Source of the DNA: a virus | Lineage: Duplodnaviria; Caudoviricetes | Length of the DNA stretch: 35,410 nt | IMG/VR virus record: IMGVR_UViG_3300025751_000058 | Coordinates: 1 to 35,410 of that record | Strand: one strand, 5' to 3' | In this document: positions 1 to 10,018 of the stretch, piece after piece | How the letters are laid out: the number at the start of each line of letters is the position of its first letter | Numbering within the stretch: position 1 is the first letter of the stretch | Translations under genes and position numbers: made by a program | Notes under the pieces: generated by a model | What the model saw: only the letters and a program-made list of their open reading frames with translations | What the model was told of the DNA's origin: nothing | The model's database searches: none

Positions 1-2
1 AC

Positions 3-698
3 ATCTGGATAGATATCGTGTCAAAGTTTAGACTGATCGAAAAACGTTGGAGCACAAATTTTGAGAAATATGTTTTTGTTTTATCAAACCCAAGCAAATA
101 TTTTGAGAAGGTATGTAAGGAATTTTTTCCTGACTTGAATTATGTTGTGATGCCAAAAGACGAAACTTGGAGGTTCAGCCACTTGATCGTACCCTCACTT
201 AGCAATCATAAAGACGGTATATTAACTCCTCACATGCCCCCATGGATAAGGCATCTTGGAAATCTTGTCAAAGACAAGGGTACTAAAGCACACAGGAAAA
301 TAGTAGTCACAAGGGAAAACGCACAGAACAGGAACATTCAAAACAAGGAACAAATGCTGATGGCACTCAAAGGTTGGGAAACTGTGGACCTAGATACCAT
401 GTCAATAAAAGAACAGGTACAAACTTTTGCCGAAGCCACACACATAGTATCACCACACGGTGCTGGACTTACAAATGTACTATGGTGTGAAGAGGGCACA
501 AAGATCTATGAACTGACACACGAAGCCTTTTTCGGCAAGAAAGTTTATCCGGTATTATCAAAGCACTTGGGATTGAAGCACACAGTATTACTATGTGATA
601 CAGTTCCACTCAAAGGACCAAAACCAAAAAATAAAAAATCAAAAGATATGGTAGATCTAAAAATAGATGTGCCAAAACTTATCGAGTTACTCGATTAG
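3..698 (+). CDS. Glycosyltransferase family 61-like protein (DUF563), 5'-truncated by window edge
   Basis: Frame open to the window edge (IWIDIVSKF...); C-terminal GT61 signature 'R.NAQNRNIQN...MSIKEQVQTFAEATHIVSPHGAGLTNVLWC'. Confidence 0.85.
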   Translation: MWIDIVSKFRLIEKRWSTNFEKYVFVLSNPSKYFEKVCKEFFPDLNYVVMPKDETWRFSHLIVPSLSNHKDGILTPHMPPWIRHLGNLVKDKGTKAHRKIVVTRENAQNRNIQNKEQMLMALKGWETVDLDTMSIKEQVQTFAEATHIVSPHGAGLTNVLWCEEGTKIYELTHEAFFGKKVYPVLSKHLGLKHTVLLCDTVPLKGPKPKNKKSKDMVDLKIDVPKLIELLD

Positions 699-1442
699 TC
701 CTGACAGGTCAGGTTTGACTTCGGGATACATTTTTTTCAACTTGCCCCAAATCTTTACTTGCCTTTTGTGTTTCTTTCCGCCTGCACAATGTAGGAAGTA
801 CACGTTGTCGTAGTCATAACGTTCACCATTGTTTTTGTGATTGAATTTTTTATCCATGTCTAAGAGTGGCACATCGCTGTCGACTATACAGGAATTTAGG
901 AACATACCATCATCGATCCTATCATCTTTGATGTCTTTATACTTCTCTACCCAAGGCAACATAAATTCAGTATTGACCTTGTTCAATATCATCACGCCAG
1001 GCTGTACAAACCTTTTTGCTATCTGTTCGCCTGTGTAGTTGTCAGCCAAAGGATTTACACGTTGGTTGTGCTTGGCCCCTTCTGGTCCTGCGTTCCTAAA
1101 CTTTGGATAATATGCTGTCTTTAATTTGTTGTCCTCATCAGGATACTTCTCAAATATATTTGGTGCGTGTGGTAATGCTATGACATCGCTGTCAACGTAC
1201 ATGATCTGATCATAGTCATCCCACCAACTCCTATCCGTCCACAGGTCAAATCTCTCCCAAGTAGGATGTTTGAACCCTAACTTTGGTTCGGTGATCCTGA
1301 GGTAATCCAAATTAAATTTTTCGCAGTACAGTTTGAAACTGTGCCTGCTGTACTCCTCCATGGGACTGGGTTTGAGATTGTTAAACTCAGGTTGCGAATA
1401 TTTTTGTATGTCTATATAATATTGAATAACCAAGTTTCTCAT
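687..1442 (-). CDS. GT-A fold glycosyltransferase (GT8/GT34-like)
   Basis: 'YDQIMYVDSDVI' DxD motif, 'QPGVMILN', 'YFLHCAG'; TAAATA 7 nt upstream of the ATG. Confidence 0.75.
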   Translation of the reverse strand: MRNLVIQYYIDIQKYSQPEFNNLKPSPMEEYSRHSFKLYCEKFNLDYLRITEPKLGFKHPTWERFDLWTDRSWWDDYDQIMYVDSDVIALPHAPNIFEKYPDEDNKLKTAYYPKFRNAGPEGAKHNQRVNPLADNYTGEQIAKRFVQPGVMILNKVNTEFMLPWVEKYKDIKDDRIDDGMFLNSCIVDSDVPLLDMDKKFNHKNNGERYDYDNVYFLHCAGGKKHKRQVKIWGKLKKMYPEVKPDLSGLIE

Positions 1443-1460
1443 CGATAACTATTTACGATT

Positions 1461-2273
1461 ATGTTTTATTGTGTACGAACAGAAAGAGCCAACACCGAAA
1501 AATACATTGAATCAATAGCAAGAGGCGTATCAGGCAAAATTGTCAATTACCAAGACGCAATGAACACTGACTGTACAAAAGTCGCCTTCATGGGAGTTCT
1601 CAGAGGCACAAACATTGTGTACAACTGGGCCAAAGAAAACAAAAAAGATTTCTACTACATAGATAGACCTTACTGGGGCGAGAGCAGGGGGACACCATAT
1701 TGGATGAGATGTGTGAAAAACGAACACGTAAAGACATCACACGAGACAAGACCCGATGATCGATACAAGAAATATTACAAAGGTGATCCTATACATCCTT
1801 ACCACAAAAACGGAAAATATGTTTTAGTTGTGCCGCCAAGTCATAGCATGGCGTTACACTTCAATGCTCCAAACTGGTTAGAGCAAACCATGGCAACACT
1901 GAAAGCAAACACAGACAGAGAAATTATAGTAAGAGAGAAACCTTACAATCCAAAAAGTTATCTAGACGAGCAAGGAAGGATGTTGCCGGGACCTAGTGAA
2001 AACAAACAACCCGAGAAACCTTTTGAATGGGATCAGGTACACGCTGTGGTTACTTTCAACAGTTCGATAACAATAAAAGCACTGCACAACGGTGTGCCTT
2101 GCTTCAGCAATTTTGAAAACCCGTGCGGGCAGATATGTGAATCAGATTTCAGTAAAATAGAAACTCCAATTTATGCTGACAGAGAGCCTGTGTTCTACAG
2201 CCTCGCTTATGGTCAGTTCACTCAGGAAGAGTTTCGTAACGGTTGGGCATTAAGTATACTAGATGGACGTTGA
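1461..2273 (+). CDS. Capsular polysaccharide synthesis (KpsS/KpsC-like, GT-B) protein, paralog 1
   Basis: 'YYIDRPYW', 'IIVREKP', 'AVVTFNSSITIKALHNGVPCF', 'SLAYGQFTQEEFRNG'; same motif order as 2263-3246 and 5928-6800. Confidence 0.6.
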   Translation: MFYCVRTERANTEKYIESIARGVSGKIVNYQDAMNTDCTKVAFMGVLRGTNIVYNWAKENKKDFYYIDRPYWGESRGTPYWMRCVKNEHVKTSHETRPDDRYKKYYKGDPIHPYHKNGKYVLVVPPSHSMALHFNAPNWLEQTMATLKANTDREIIVREKPYNPKSYLDEQGRMLPGPSENKQPEKPFEWDQVHAVVTFNSSITIKALHNGVPCFSNFENPCGQICESDFSKIETPIYADREPVFYSLAYGQFTQEEFRNGWALSILDGR

Positions 2274-3246
2274 GATATTCAGAAGAACAGTAAAAGACCG
2301 TAGACGTGGTGCGAGTTATGAACTACTGCAACACATGGCCGAAGGAATAAGGGCATGTGGTGATAATCCTATAATGGTAAACGAACACAAGACAGGAGAG
2401 TGGACGGACAACGAAATGGAGCCAACAGCAAAAATAGGTTGTATGTTTGGGTACGGTGGATCAAATCAGATGCACCACACAAAAGGTCGTAGAAGAGACC
2501 TTGTAGAGCGTGCCAAGAAAAAAGGCATTCATATTATCACATTTGACGGTGGAATACTTTCAAGTTTTGGAAATACAATAACACATCCTAAACATCACTG
2601 GCGTGTGAGTTTGTATTCGCCAATGAACAACGGCAACTTCCTAAGTGACAACTCACCACCTGATAGATGGGAGATGATGAAGAACTTATGGGATATAAAA
2701 TACGAACCATGGAGGAAGTCAAATCAGGAAGACCCAATATTGTTTGTGTTGCAACCAAAAGACAACTGGAGTATGAACAATTTAGATCCTGTTGAGTGGT
2801 TCCACAGTGTGTATGAAAAGATTAGACCCGCAACAGATAGACCGTTTTTGATACGCCCACACCCTAATCACATGGCACACATAGAAGAACGTATCAAAGA
2901 ATTTCCCGAAGAATGCAAAGTTATAATAGGACAAAAATTCTTCAGCGGTGACGAGAAAAAATATTACAGATTCAATTTCCAGGAAGCAATCGCAAATTGT
3001 CATGCAGTCGTGACGCACAATAGTACTGCCAGCATTGACAGTTGTGTGAGAGGAATACCAACATTCGTCACATCTGATTTGGCAATTTGTTGGGACGTTG
3101 CAAACAAGGATCTTAATAACATAGAGACTCCTGAGTATCCCGAAAGAGACCAATGGGTGCATGACATTGGGTACAAGCAATGGACGGAAAAAGAAATAAG
3201 GGATGGCACAGTGTTCAAAAGATTCAAAGAGAAGTTAGGATTATAA
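2263..3246 (+). CDS. Capsular polysaccharide synthesis (KpsS/KpsC-like, GT-B) protein, paralog 2
   Basis: 'LQPKDNWS', 'LIRPHP', 'AVVTHNSTASIDSCVRGIPTF', 'GYKQWTEKEI'. Confidence 0.65.
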   Translation: MDVEIFRRTVKDRRRGASYELLQHMAEGIRACGDNPIMVNEHKTGEWTDNEMEPTAKIGCMFGYGGSNQMHHTKGRRRDLVERAKKKGIHIITFDGGILSSFGNTITHPKHHWRVSLYSPMNNGNFLSDNSPPDRWEMMKNLWDIKYEPWRKSNQEDPILFVLQPKDNWSMNNLDPVEWFHSVYEKIRPATDRPFLIRPHPNHMAHIEERIKEFPEECKVIIGQKFFSGDEKKYYRFNFQEAIANCHAVVTHNSTASIDSCVRGIPTFVTSDLAICWDVANKDLNNIETPEYPERDQWVHDIGYKQWTEKEIRDGTVFKRFKEKLGL

Positions 3247-5012
3247 TGTGTGGCATATACGGCATAACTGCAAGTGATCAAAAATTTATTAATGATTACA
3301 TGCATCTCTGTAAACACAGAGGTCCAGACGGTGGGCAAAAAATTGAAATCGTAAACAAGAAATCAGGCAACGCAGTGACGTTGGGTCACAATCTCCTAAG
3401 TATAATGGCCGAGCCAGGAAAATCACAACAGCCATGGAGGACACCAAAGTACAACTATCTGGTATACAATGGCGAGATATTCAATTATTATGAACTCAAA
3501 GAAAAATATAAAGAGTTCACGGACACCACAGGTTGCGACACCGAACTACTTGCTTGGGGACTAGATAAATTTGGATTATCGTTTATTGACGAAATAGATT
3601 CTATGCATGGCTTTGCTTACTATGAAGTTGACAAAGATAGAATAACACTGAGCAGAGATCATGCAGGAGTCAAACCTGTGTACTATGCAGAAATCAGCGA
3701 GGGACTAGTATTTGGCTCTGAAATAAAAGGAATGCTAGACAAAGTTCCTAATAGCAGAAAAATAGATAATCTTGCTGTCAGTTTTATGGCAAGAACTGGG
3801 ATCAATGCTTTACGTAATACTTTCTTTACAGGAATTAAAAAATTACTAGCGGGCGAAACAATAGTGTATGACATAGCCTCTAAAAAAATTATACAAACAC
3901 ACAGAGTCCACATTAGACCCACGAGTAACAAAAAATTCAATGAGGAAGAATTCAGAAAAAAAGTCAAAAAGACAGTAGAAATGTGTTCTATTGGTAGGAG
4001 AAAGATTGGTGTATTTTTGAGCGGCGGTCTGGATTCTAGTATAGTAGCATATGAGCTCAAACAATTAAAAGGCGAGGCTAATACATTCACAAACAGGATG
4101 GAGCCCAATGTACAAGCAGACGAAGACTATAACAGTGATGCTAATTGTGCCAGCATACTTGCACAACAGAATAATTTCAATCACAAGGAAGTTGTTATAA
4201 CACCCGAGACGTTTATAGATAATTGGGACGACAGCATATACTATATGGAGCAACCTGTATACAATCCCAGTATGTCAATGTACTGTGCGACAAACAAATT
4301 TTTATCAGATAATGAAGTTATTGTTACAATGGCAGGTGACATGGGAGACGAGATACTTGCAGGATATCCAAAATATTGGAAAATGAAAAATCAACCTTGG
4401 CTAGAAAAACAAATAGGAAAACAAAAAATAGAAAGTTGGGATGATGTATTAATGCTCTGGTTAAAAAGAATCAAACGTCCGTTGCAGTTAACTGAGAATC
4501 CCGTAAGTGACGAAAAACTGATAGACGAATTCCGGAAGTGCTATTCAGGAGAATTATGGAATAGTGAAGACCCGATTGGATCATACATGGCGTTAGATTG
4601 TGTTGCACAAGTCCCGGAAGAGATGTTCAGCAGAAATGACAAGTACGGGATGGCATACAGCATGGAAGGACGTTTTCCGTTAGCCACTAAAATGTTCATG
4701 CAATATTGTATGAGTATGCACACTGATCTTAAACTAGGTCCTGATAAAAGTGATACAAAGTCTTTTATTAAGAAAGCGTATCTAGGTAAGTTACCAAACG
4801 AGATTATTAACAAAATGAAAACCGGATGGACTGTTCCTGTTGGACACTGGCTTTCCACTAGTGCTAGTGCCAAATTAAATAATTTCTACAAAGGCAGGAC
4901 AGGTGAAAACTCTAAACTGGATGTGGTAAAGGCCAGTCAAAAGGCCGGAAAGGCATTGATCCCAGCGTGGATGGTCAGTGACTGGATTAAAAAATACAGC
5001 ATGACTAGGTAG
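3246..5012 (+). CDS. asnB: Asparagine synthase (glutamine-hydrolysing) family amidotransferase, probably glycan-modifying
   Basis: True start at ATG 3246 gives Ntn N-terminus MCGIYG; 'HRGPD', 'YNGEIFNY', 'RDHAGVKPVYY', PP-loop 'FLSGGLDSS', 'GDMGDEILAGY', 'EGRFPL'. Confidence 0.92.
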   Translation: MCGIYGITASDQKFINDYMHLCKHRGPDGGQKIEIVNKKSGNAVTLGHNLLSIMAEPGKSQQPWRTPKYNYLVYNGEIFNYYELKEKYKEFTDTTGCDTELLAWGLDKFGLSFIDEIDSMHGFAYYEVDKDRITLSRDHAGVKPVYYAEISEGLVFGSEIKGMLDKVPNSRKIDNLAVSFMARTGINALRNTFFTGIKKLLAGETIVYDIASKKIIQTHRVHIRPTSNKKFNEEEFRKKVKKTVEMCSIGRRKIGVFLSGGLDSSIVAYELKQLKGEANTFTNRMEPNVQADEDYNSDANCASILAQQNNFNHKEVVITPETFIDNWDDSIYYMEQPVYNPSMSMYCATNKFLSDNEVIVTMAGDMGDEILAGYPKYWKMKNQPWLEKQIGKQKIESWDDVLMLWLKRIKRPLQLTENPVSDEKLIDEFRKCYSGELWNSEDPIGSYMALDCVAQVPEEMFSRNDKYGMAYSMEGRFPLATKMFMQYCMSMHTDLKLGPDKSDTKSFIKKAYLGKLPNEIINKMKTGWTVPVGHWLSTSASAKLNNFYKGRTGENSKLDVVKASQKAGKALIPAWMVSDWIKKYSMTR

Positions 5013-5028
5013 ATTAAATATCAATATT

Positions 5029-5931
5029 ATGAAAATAAAAGTCATCACATCGTACAAACCCGGAACATGGGAATCATATGCCAAGAAAGGAATAGAGTCA
5101 ATGGCTGAACAATTTCCAAAAGAAGTTGACATAGTTGTGTATGCTGAGGAACCTAAACCCCATTGTGATCATGAAAGAATAACATGGATCGATCTAAACA
5201 GTGCAGAACCGGAACTGTTCAAATTCAAAAATAAACACAAAGATGATCCCGTGGCAAACGGAGAATTACAAGAAATCGAAGGCGGTGTGAGACGCCCTGC
5301 CGAACTACAAACCAAAGGAGGCATGGACAAGAACAAAGGCTCTTATCTGTGGGCCGCTGTGAGATTTTCAAACAAAGTGTTCTGTGTTGTGAATGGCGTG
5401 CGTAATTCAAAAGATTATGATTACGTGGTGTGGATAGATGCAGACACATTCACATTTAGGCCTGTACCTTTAGATTTTTTTAAAAAATTATTGCCCACAG
5501 ACACCATGGTAACATACCTAGGCAGAGAGAATCCAAAATTGAACGACGGTGGAAAATATCCTGAATGTGGATTCGTTGGATACAACATGAAACATCCTGA
5601 GATACTAAATTTTGTAGATGAATGGGAACAACTGTACGTGACCGACGAAGTGTTCAATCTATTGGAATGGCATGACAGTTACGTGTTCTGGCATCTCACT
5701 AAGAAGTACAGGAAAGAAAAAAACATCACAGTCAACGACATAGGATACTGGATAGGTGTGAAAGGACATCATGTGTTCGTCAACAGTGAACTTGGATTGT
5801 ACATGGACCACATGAAGGGAAAGCGTAAGAAACACGGAACCAGTGGTAGGAACGATCTACGTGCCAACCCAAACGCACCAGCAGATATAATGTCTGTTGA
5901 CTATTGGAAAAAGGTACCACCATCAATATGA
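5029..5931 (+). CDS. GT-A fold glycosyltransferase-like protein
   Basis: 'RFSNKVF', 'VVWIDADT' DxD, 'ECGFVGYN', 'EWHDSYVF', 'DHMKG'. Confidence 0.7.
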   Translation: MKIKVITSYKPGTWESYAKKGIESMAEQFPKEVDIVVYAEEPKPHCDHERITWIDLNSAEPELFKFKNKHKDDPVANGELQEIEGGVRRPAELQTKGGMDKNKGSYLWAAVRFSNKVFCVVNGVRNSKDYDYVVWIDADTFTFRPVPLDFFKKLLPTDTMVTYLGRENPKLNDGGKYPECGFVGYNMKHPEILNFVDEWEQLYVTDEVFNLLEWHDSYVFWHLTKKYRKEKNITVNDIGYWIGVKGHHVFVNSELGLYMDHMKGKRKKHGTSGRNDLRANPNAPADIMSVDYWKKVPPSI

Positions 5932-6800
5932 AGATAGAAGCATGGCCCAAACACGGTCCACTGAACAGCAAAACGATCTTTAAAAAATTTATAGAGTCAA
6001 TACAGAAGGCCGGTGACGAAGTAATAGTCAACAGGGAAACCAACGCGGACGTGGCAGTGATATGGAGTGTGCTGTGGAGAGGCCGGATGCAAAGTTATAA
6101 AAGTGTGTGGGATCGATACAGGAAACAAGGAAAACCAGTCATAGTGATAGAAGTGGGCGGATTGCGTAGGAATCTCAGTTTCAAGATTGGAATAAATGGC
6201 ATCAACAGAGATGCCGACTTTGCCAATGAAAAGTTTGACGAAAAACGTTGGCCTTTGTTCAAGCACGAACTAAGACCATGGAATCCCACAGGTGACCTCA
6301 TTGTGATATGCGGACAACATGATGCATCAGAACAGTGGAAGGGACTGCCAAAGATGTCACAATGGATTGAACAACAGATAAAAGAAATTCGCAAGTACAC
6401 CACAAGGCCCATACTAGTGAGACCTCATCCTAGAAACGTAATTACATTTGATGAGGACAAATTTAAGAATGTCAAGGTGAGATTACCAAAGAGAGATTAT
6501 AGGACATATGATGACACAGATTTCAAAGTCACACTGGAAAGAACATGGGCTGTGATCAATCATTCCAGTAACCCGGCTATGGAAGCAGTGATAAAAGGTA
6601 TACCTGTGTTCGTATCAGAATCCAGCCTGTGCCACGATGTCGGGAACATCAAATTAATGGACATCAACACACCGGCCATGCCCAACAGGCTGACCTGGGC
6701 CAACAAACTGGCATACACGGAATGGTTCGAGGACGAGATCGAAAAGGGACTGCCATGGGCTAGAATAAAAGCAAGACTTGAGGAGAAATATCTAAGATGA
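5928..6800 (+). CDS. Capsular polysaccharide synthesis (KpsS/KpsC-like, GT-B) protein, paralog 3
   Basis: Start moved to ATG 5928 (ATGA overlap); 'CGQHDAS', 'LVRPHPR', 'HSSNPAMEAVIKGIPVF', 'LAYTEW'. Confidence 0.65.
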   Translation: MKIEAWPKHGPLNSKTIFKKFIESIQKAGDEVIVNRETNADVAVIWSVLWRGRMQSYKSVWDRYRKQGKPVIVIEVGGLRRNLSFKIGINGINRDADFANEKFDEKRWPLFKHELRPWNPTGDLIVICGQHDASEQWKGLPKMSQWIEQQIKEIRKYTTRPILVRPHPRNVITFDEDKFKNVKVRLPKRDYRTYDDTDFKVTLERTWAVINHSSNPAMEAVIKGIPVFVSESSLCHDVGNIKLMDINTPAMPNRLTWANKLAYTEWFEDEIEKGLPWARIKARLEEKYLR

Positions 6801-7396
6801 ACCATAAACCGGATATCACATCAATAGATAATTTAAAGTATATGTGGGAACTTTGTAGTCACCATTGGCAATCAACATGGGCAGATTATCAAAATCTATT
6901 TGAAGGGAAAACATGTGTTGACATAGGAATATGGAAAGGGTTGTTGAATGCTAAGGCAGAGAAACAGTTAAATTGCAAAACAAAAATAGGGGTGGAGCCC
7001 AGTTTCACACATCGTGCGGATTGTAAAAAAATCAATCCTCATACCAAACTTTACCCTTCTATAGATGATTTACCAGATGGTATATTCACGGACATCATAC
7101 TGTTGCACGGAGTGATTTGGCTGATGGACAACTGGACACAAGAAATAAAAACTTTATTATCAAAGGTCAATTGCAAACACGTACATATTCGCAGTCCAAA
7201 TCATGATACATATCCGATAAAAATGGAAAATGAACCCGATGACTATAGAAATTTTACCAAAAAAAAAATGAAATACTATAATGGTCCAACAATAAACGAT
7301 ATTGTTGAATTTTTTAGTACAGAAAATTATAGTGTAATAGATCGAAAGGAAACAAATGTAAATAGCACGATCGTGGTGTTTGAAAAAAAAATATGA
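6797..7396 (+). CDS. Class I SAM-dependent methyltransferase-like protein (divergent), AT-rich insert
   Basis: 'FEGKTCVDIG', 'IGVEPS', 'DIILLHGVI' match motif I/II/IV order, but the Gly-rich loop is degenerate. Confidence 0.5.
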   Translation: MNHKPDITSIDNLKYMWELCSHHWQSTWADYQNLFEGKTCVDIGIWKGLLNAKAEKQLNCKTKIGVEPSFTHRADCKKINPHTKLYPSIDDLPDGIFTDIILLHGVIWLMDNWTQEIKTLLSKVNCKHVHIRSPNHDTYPIKMENEPDDYRNFTKKKMKYYNGPTINDIVEFFSTENYSVIDRKETNVNSTIVVFEKKI

Positions 7397-8139
7397 AAAC
7401 TATAAACATCGGCAAAAAAGGAATTGAACCTATCCAATGGGAAAAATACAAGGGCGAAGACGTATGCGTGAATACTACAATCAAGCAAGGCAAACGTTTC
7501 CGAGACATCCGATTTTATGAAGACAAAGTCAAAGCGGTGCCTCGAGGCAACGCTTATGTTATAGGCAATGGTCCTTCACGTAAGGAATTTGATCTTACAA
7601 AACTAAAGGCCACTGGACAGACTTATGGGTGCAATGCACTTTATAGGGATTTCATGCCGGACTTCATATTCTCTGTGGACACAAAGATGTCAATGCAGAT
7701 GGTGGAGGACGAAGTGGGTTTGAAGACCGTACACTACGGACCAGCACTGGAAGTAAACAGGAAACAGAGCAAGGGCATGATACATCTCATACCACACAAC
7801 CCACACTGGATATCGGGCAACGCCGCTTTCTGGACTGCGGGCGTACATGGACACAAAAACATCTACCTGATAGGATTTGATTTCAGAGAGTACGGCAAAG
7901 GAGAACTAAACAACATATATCAAGGAACAGATTGTTATGGTGAACGTAACGATGACAAAATATTTGAAGGATGGTTGAAACAGTTCAGAGACATGCTGAA
8001 GATGAGACCTTATGTTAACTACACAATAGTTCATGACAATCCACCCGAATACCTTAATCATCTACAGACAGGCACGGACTTAGGCAACAGTCGACTTATA
8101 ACTTACGCTGAATTTGAAAAGGAATTAACACCTAGTTAG
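7393..8139 (+). CDS. Maf/DUF115 or sialyltransferase-like Rossmann protein
   Basis: 'AYVIGNGPS', 'YGCNALYR', 'PDFIFSVD', 'NIYLIGFD'. Confidence 0.65.
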   Translation: MKTINIGKKGIEPIQWEKYKGEDVCVNTTIKQGKRFRDIRFYEDKVKAVPRGNAYVIGNGPSRKEFDLTKLKATGQTYGCNALYRDFMPDFIFSVDTKMSMQMVEDEVGLKTVHYGPALEVNRKQSKGMIHLIPHNPHWISGNAAFWTAGVHGHKNIYLIGFDFREYGKGELNNIYQGTDCYGERNDDKIFEGWLKQFRDMLKMRPYVNYTIVHDNPPEYLNHLQTGTDLGNSRLITYAEFEKELTPS

Positions 8140-8604
8140 GCCTAGGCCTGCTAGTTTAAATTTGCTTCTCCATGCAAAGAAATTTGCATTGTGATTAGAA
8201 TAAGGGTCTTTCAGCCAAGACATCTGATAAAGATGTACCATTTCGTGTGCAAGAGTCTCAATAAAATCTTTCCAAGTAGGAAACTTGCAATGAATTTCAA
8301 TGTAATGAAACACTTCAGTTTTATCGTAAGGAATAATTCTTTGATCAAAAGTACCTTTTCTGCATTTTCTATTATCCCAGTCGGCCACGCATCTGCCCCA
8401 ATCCTTGTGTAATTTTTTAATATGAATTGGAACTCTTGGTAATCTACTATTAAACAATCCTCTGTTTATTACACCAAACCAATGATAGGCTTGTTGCTCC
8501 GTGGGTCTGAAACCGACTTTGTTTTTATACCTAATGGCAGTATTTTCCAACTTTACTTTAAGTTGTTTTCTAACATTAACGCTTTTATTTTTGTACTTTT
8601 TCAT
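8125..8604 (-). CDS. SprT-like zinc metalloprotease
   Basis: 'FIETLAHEMVH' HExxH followed by 'H...F..W'; N-terminal 'INRGLFNSRLP'. Confidence 0.8.
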   Translation of the reverse strand: MKKYKNKSVNVRKQLKVKLENTAIRYKNKVGFRPTEQQAYHWFGVINRGLFNSRLPRVPIHIKKLHKDWGRCVADWDNRKCRKGTFDQRIIPYDKTEVFHYIEIHCKFPTWKDFIETLAHEMVHLYQMSWLKDPYSNHNANFFAWRSKFKLAGLGLTRC

Positions 8605-8606
8605 GG

Positions 8607-8634
8607 TTGACTATATTACCAATTATGCTATAAT
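8607..8634 (+). promoter_or_regulatory. sigma70-like promoter for the replication operon
   Basis: TTGACT (8607-8612), 16 nt spacer, extended -10 TGcTATAAT (-10 at 8629-8634). Confidence 0.6.
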
Positions 8635-8658
8635 ATACTAATAATTACCTAAAATATC

Positions 8659-10017
8659 ATGGATAAAATGCACACAGATTTGCCAAAAACTATTAACGAA
8701 GCACTCAAAATACTAGCATATAATGATTATTTTTGGGCAAATCCTAGCATGATAGGAAATACAGCCGTAATCAAGCCACACCCCAAAGACTACGAAACTG
8801 TGAGATCTCTAGCAGAGTCACAATATGCCTGGACAGAGAAACAGGCCAGACTAGCATTGGTCATACTCAAAAGATATCTGACCAAATTCCAAGCATACGG
8901 TATGGACATTAAGAATTTACTAGACAATCCACAATATGAAGATGACTTCCGTGTGATCAGTTTTGACAAGGTCATTGAGAAGTACACAGACGACGATAAT
9001 ATTGACAGGATAGAGATGAGATTTCCGTATCACAAAAAAGTGATACAATTGATACGTTGCATGAAAGACAAACGTGGCTTGCCAGGAATGTATGCCTTGT
9101 ATGACGGTGAGAAAAAGAAATGGACATTCCAACACAGTGATGTCACTGCCTACTATCTCACACTGATCGCTGTGAGATATGATTTCAAGTTCACGGACGA
9201 CAGCCTACTGAATGACTACGAAGAAATAAAAAAACAAGTGATAGGACATCGTAAACCTTCAGCAAGATTGATAGCCGGTGAGGTTGTGTTAGATAATGCT
9301 CCTGAGTCACTACAGGAATATTGGAACGCGAATCTTAGAAACAAGACAGCACTGGCACAAGTTGATTCGTTGAAGAACTTCAACATATCAACCAAAGGGA
9401 TCAATGTGCCAACGGAGACCATGGTAGGTCACAAGATAGCACATAACAATTATCACAAGTTATGGATAGACTCCAAAGGATTCAGCAAGAACGAAGTGGT
9501 AAAAGGTCTTATTGAATTAGACTGTTTCCCGTTGATCATGCCCGTGAGTGGTGACATACACATGGAAGAGGATGTCAAGGAATTCTGGGAATGGATGAAT
9601 GCGTTTAAGGCACATGGTGTTGACCTATTGAATGAATGCAGTTGGGGATTCGATGTCAAAGAACCTATCTACAAGAAGGACCTAGACCGTTTCAACAGTG
9701 ACAGGACCTATCTTTTAGACAACCAAAAATCACAAGAGTTCTTTGAGAACCTATACGAACTACACCAAATGAGTAAACAGTTCAAATTGATAAACGATAA
9801 TACCAAAATAATATTTGTGCGTAATAGAATACCAAGGGCAATGATCAAGAGCAAGGTCAAACCACAAGCGTCATTGGTAGCATTGGGTGGTGGTTATTAT
9901 GCCACTGGCACAGACAACCTGAAAAGAATGCTTGAAAATCTTCCAAAAAAGTTGTATTATAGTGATCACCAACCGAGTAGTTGGGATTGGCATGATCACA
10001 TAATAGTAAAACTTTAG
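8659..10017 (+). CDS. Phage protein with HARP/DUF5710-like segment, coupled to UvsW
   Basis: 452-aa ORF; 'RFPYHKKVIQLIR...YDGEKKKWTF' resembles HARP-type FPY...W motifs; no Walker motifs seen. Confidence 0.5.
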   Translation: MDKMHTDLPKTINEALKILAYNDYFWANPSMIGNTAVIKPHPKDYETVRSLAESQYAWTEKQARLALVILKRYLTKFQAYGMDIKNLLDNPQYEDDFRVISFDKVIEKYTDDDNIDRIEMRFPYHKKVIQLIRCMKDKRGLPGMYALYDGEKKKWTFQHSDVTAYYLTLIAVRYDFKFTDDSLLNDYEEIKKQVIGHRKPSARLIAGEVVLDNAPESLQEYWNANLRNKTALAQVDSLKNFNISTKGINVPTETMVGHKIAHNNYHKLWIDSKGFSKNEVVKGLIELDCFPLIMPVSGDIHMEEDVKEFWEWMNAFKAHGVDLLNECSWGFDVKEPIYKKDLDRFNSDRTYLLDNQKSQEFFENLYELHQMSKQFKLINDNTKIIFVRNRIPRAMIKSKVKPQASLVALGGGYYATGTDNLKRMLENLPKKLYYSDHQPSSWDWHDHIIVKL

Positions 10018-10018
10018 A

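Noticed and set aside
3180-3245. Extended N-termini in the ORF track (asnB 3180; also 5904, 12606, 21544, 25213, 27230, 30727, 31360)
   Set aside because: Downstream starts fit family N-termini, SDs or stop/start overlaps better; AsnB needs Cys at position 2.
8138-8149. AGGCCTAGGCCT palindrome at a convergent junction
   Set aside because: Lies in coding sequence of the SprT-like gene, has no loop or U-tract; probably incidental.
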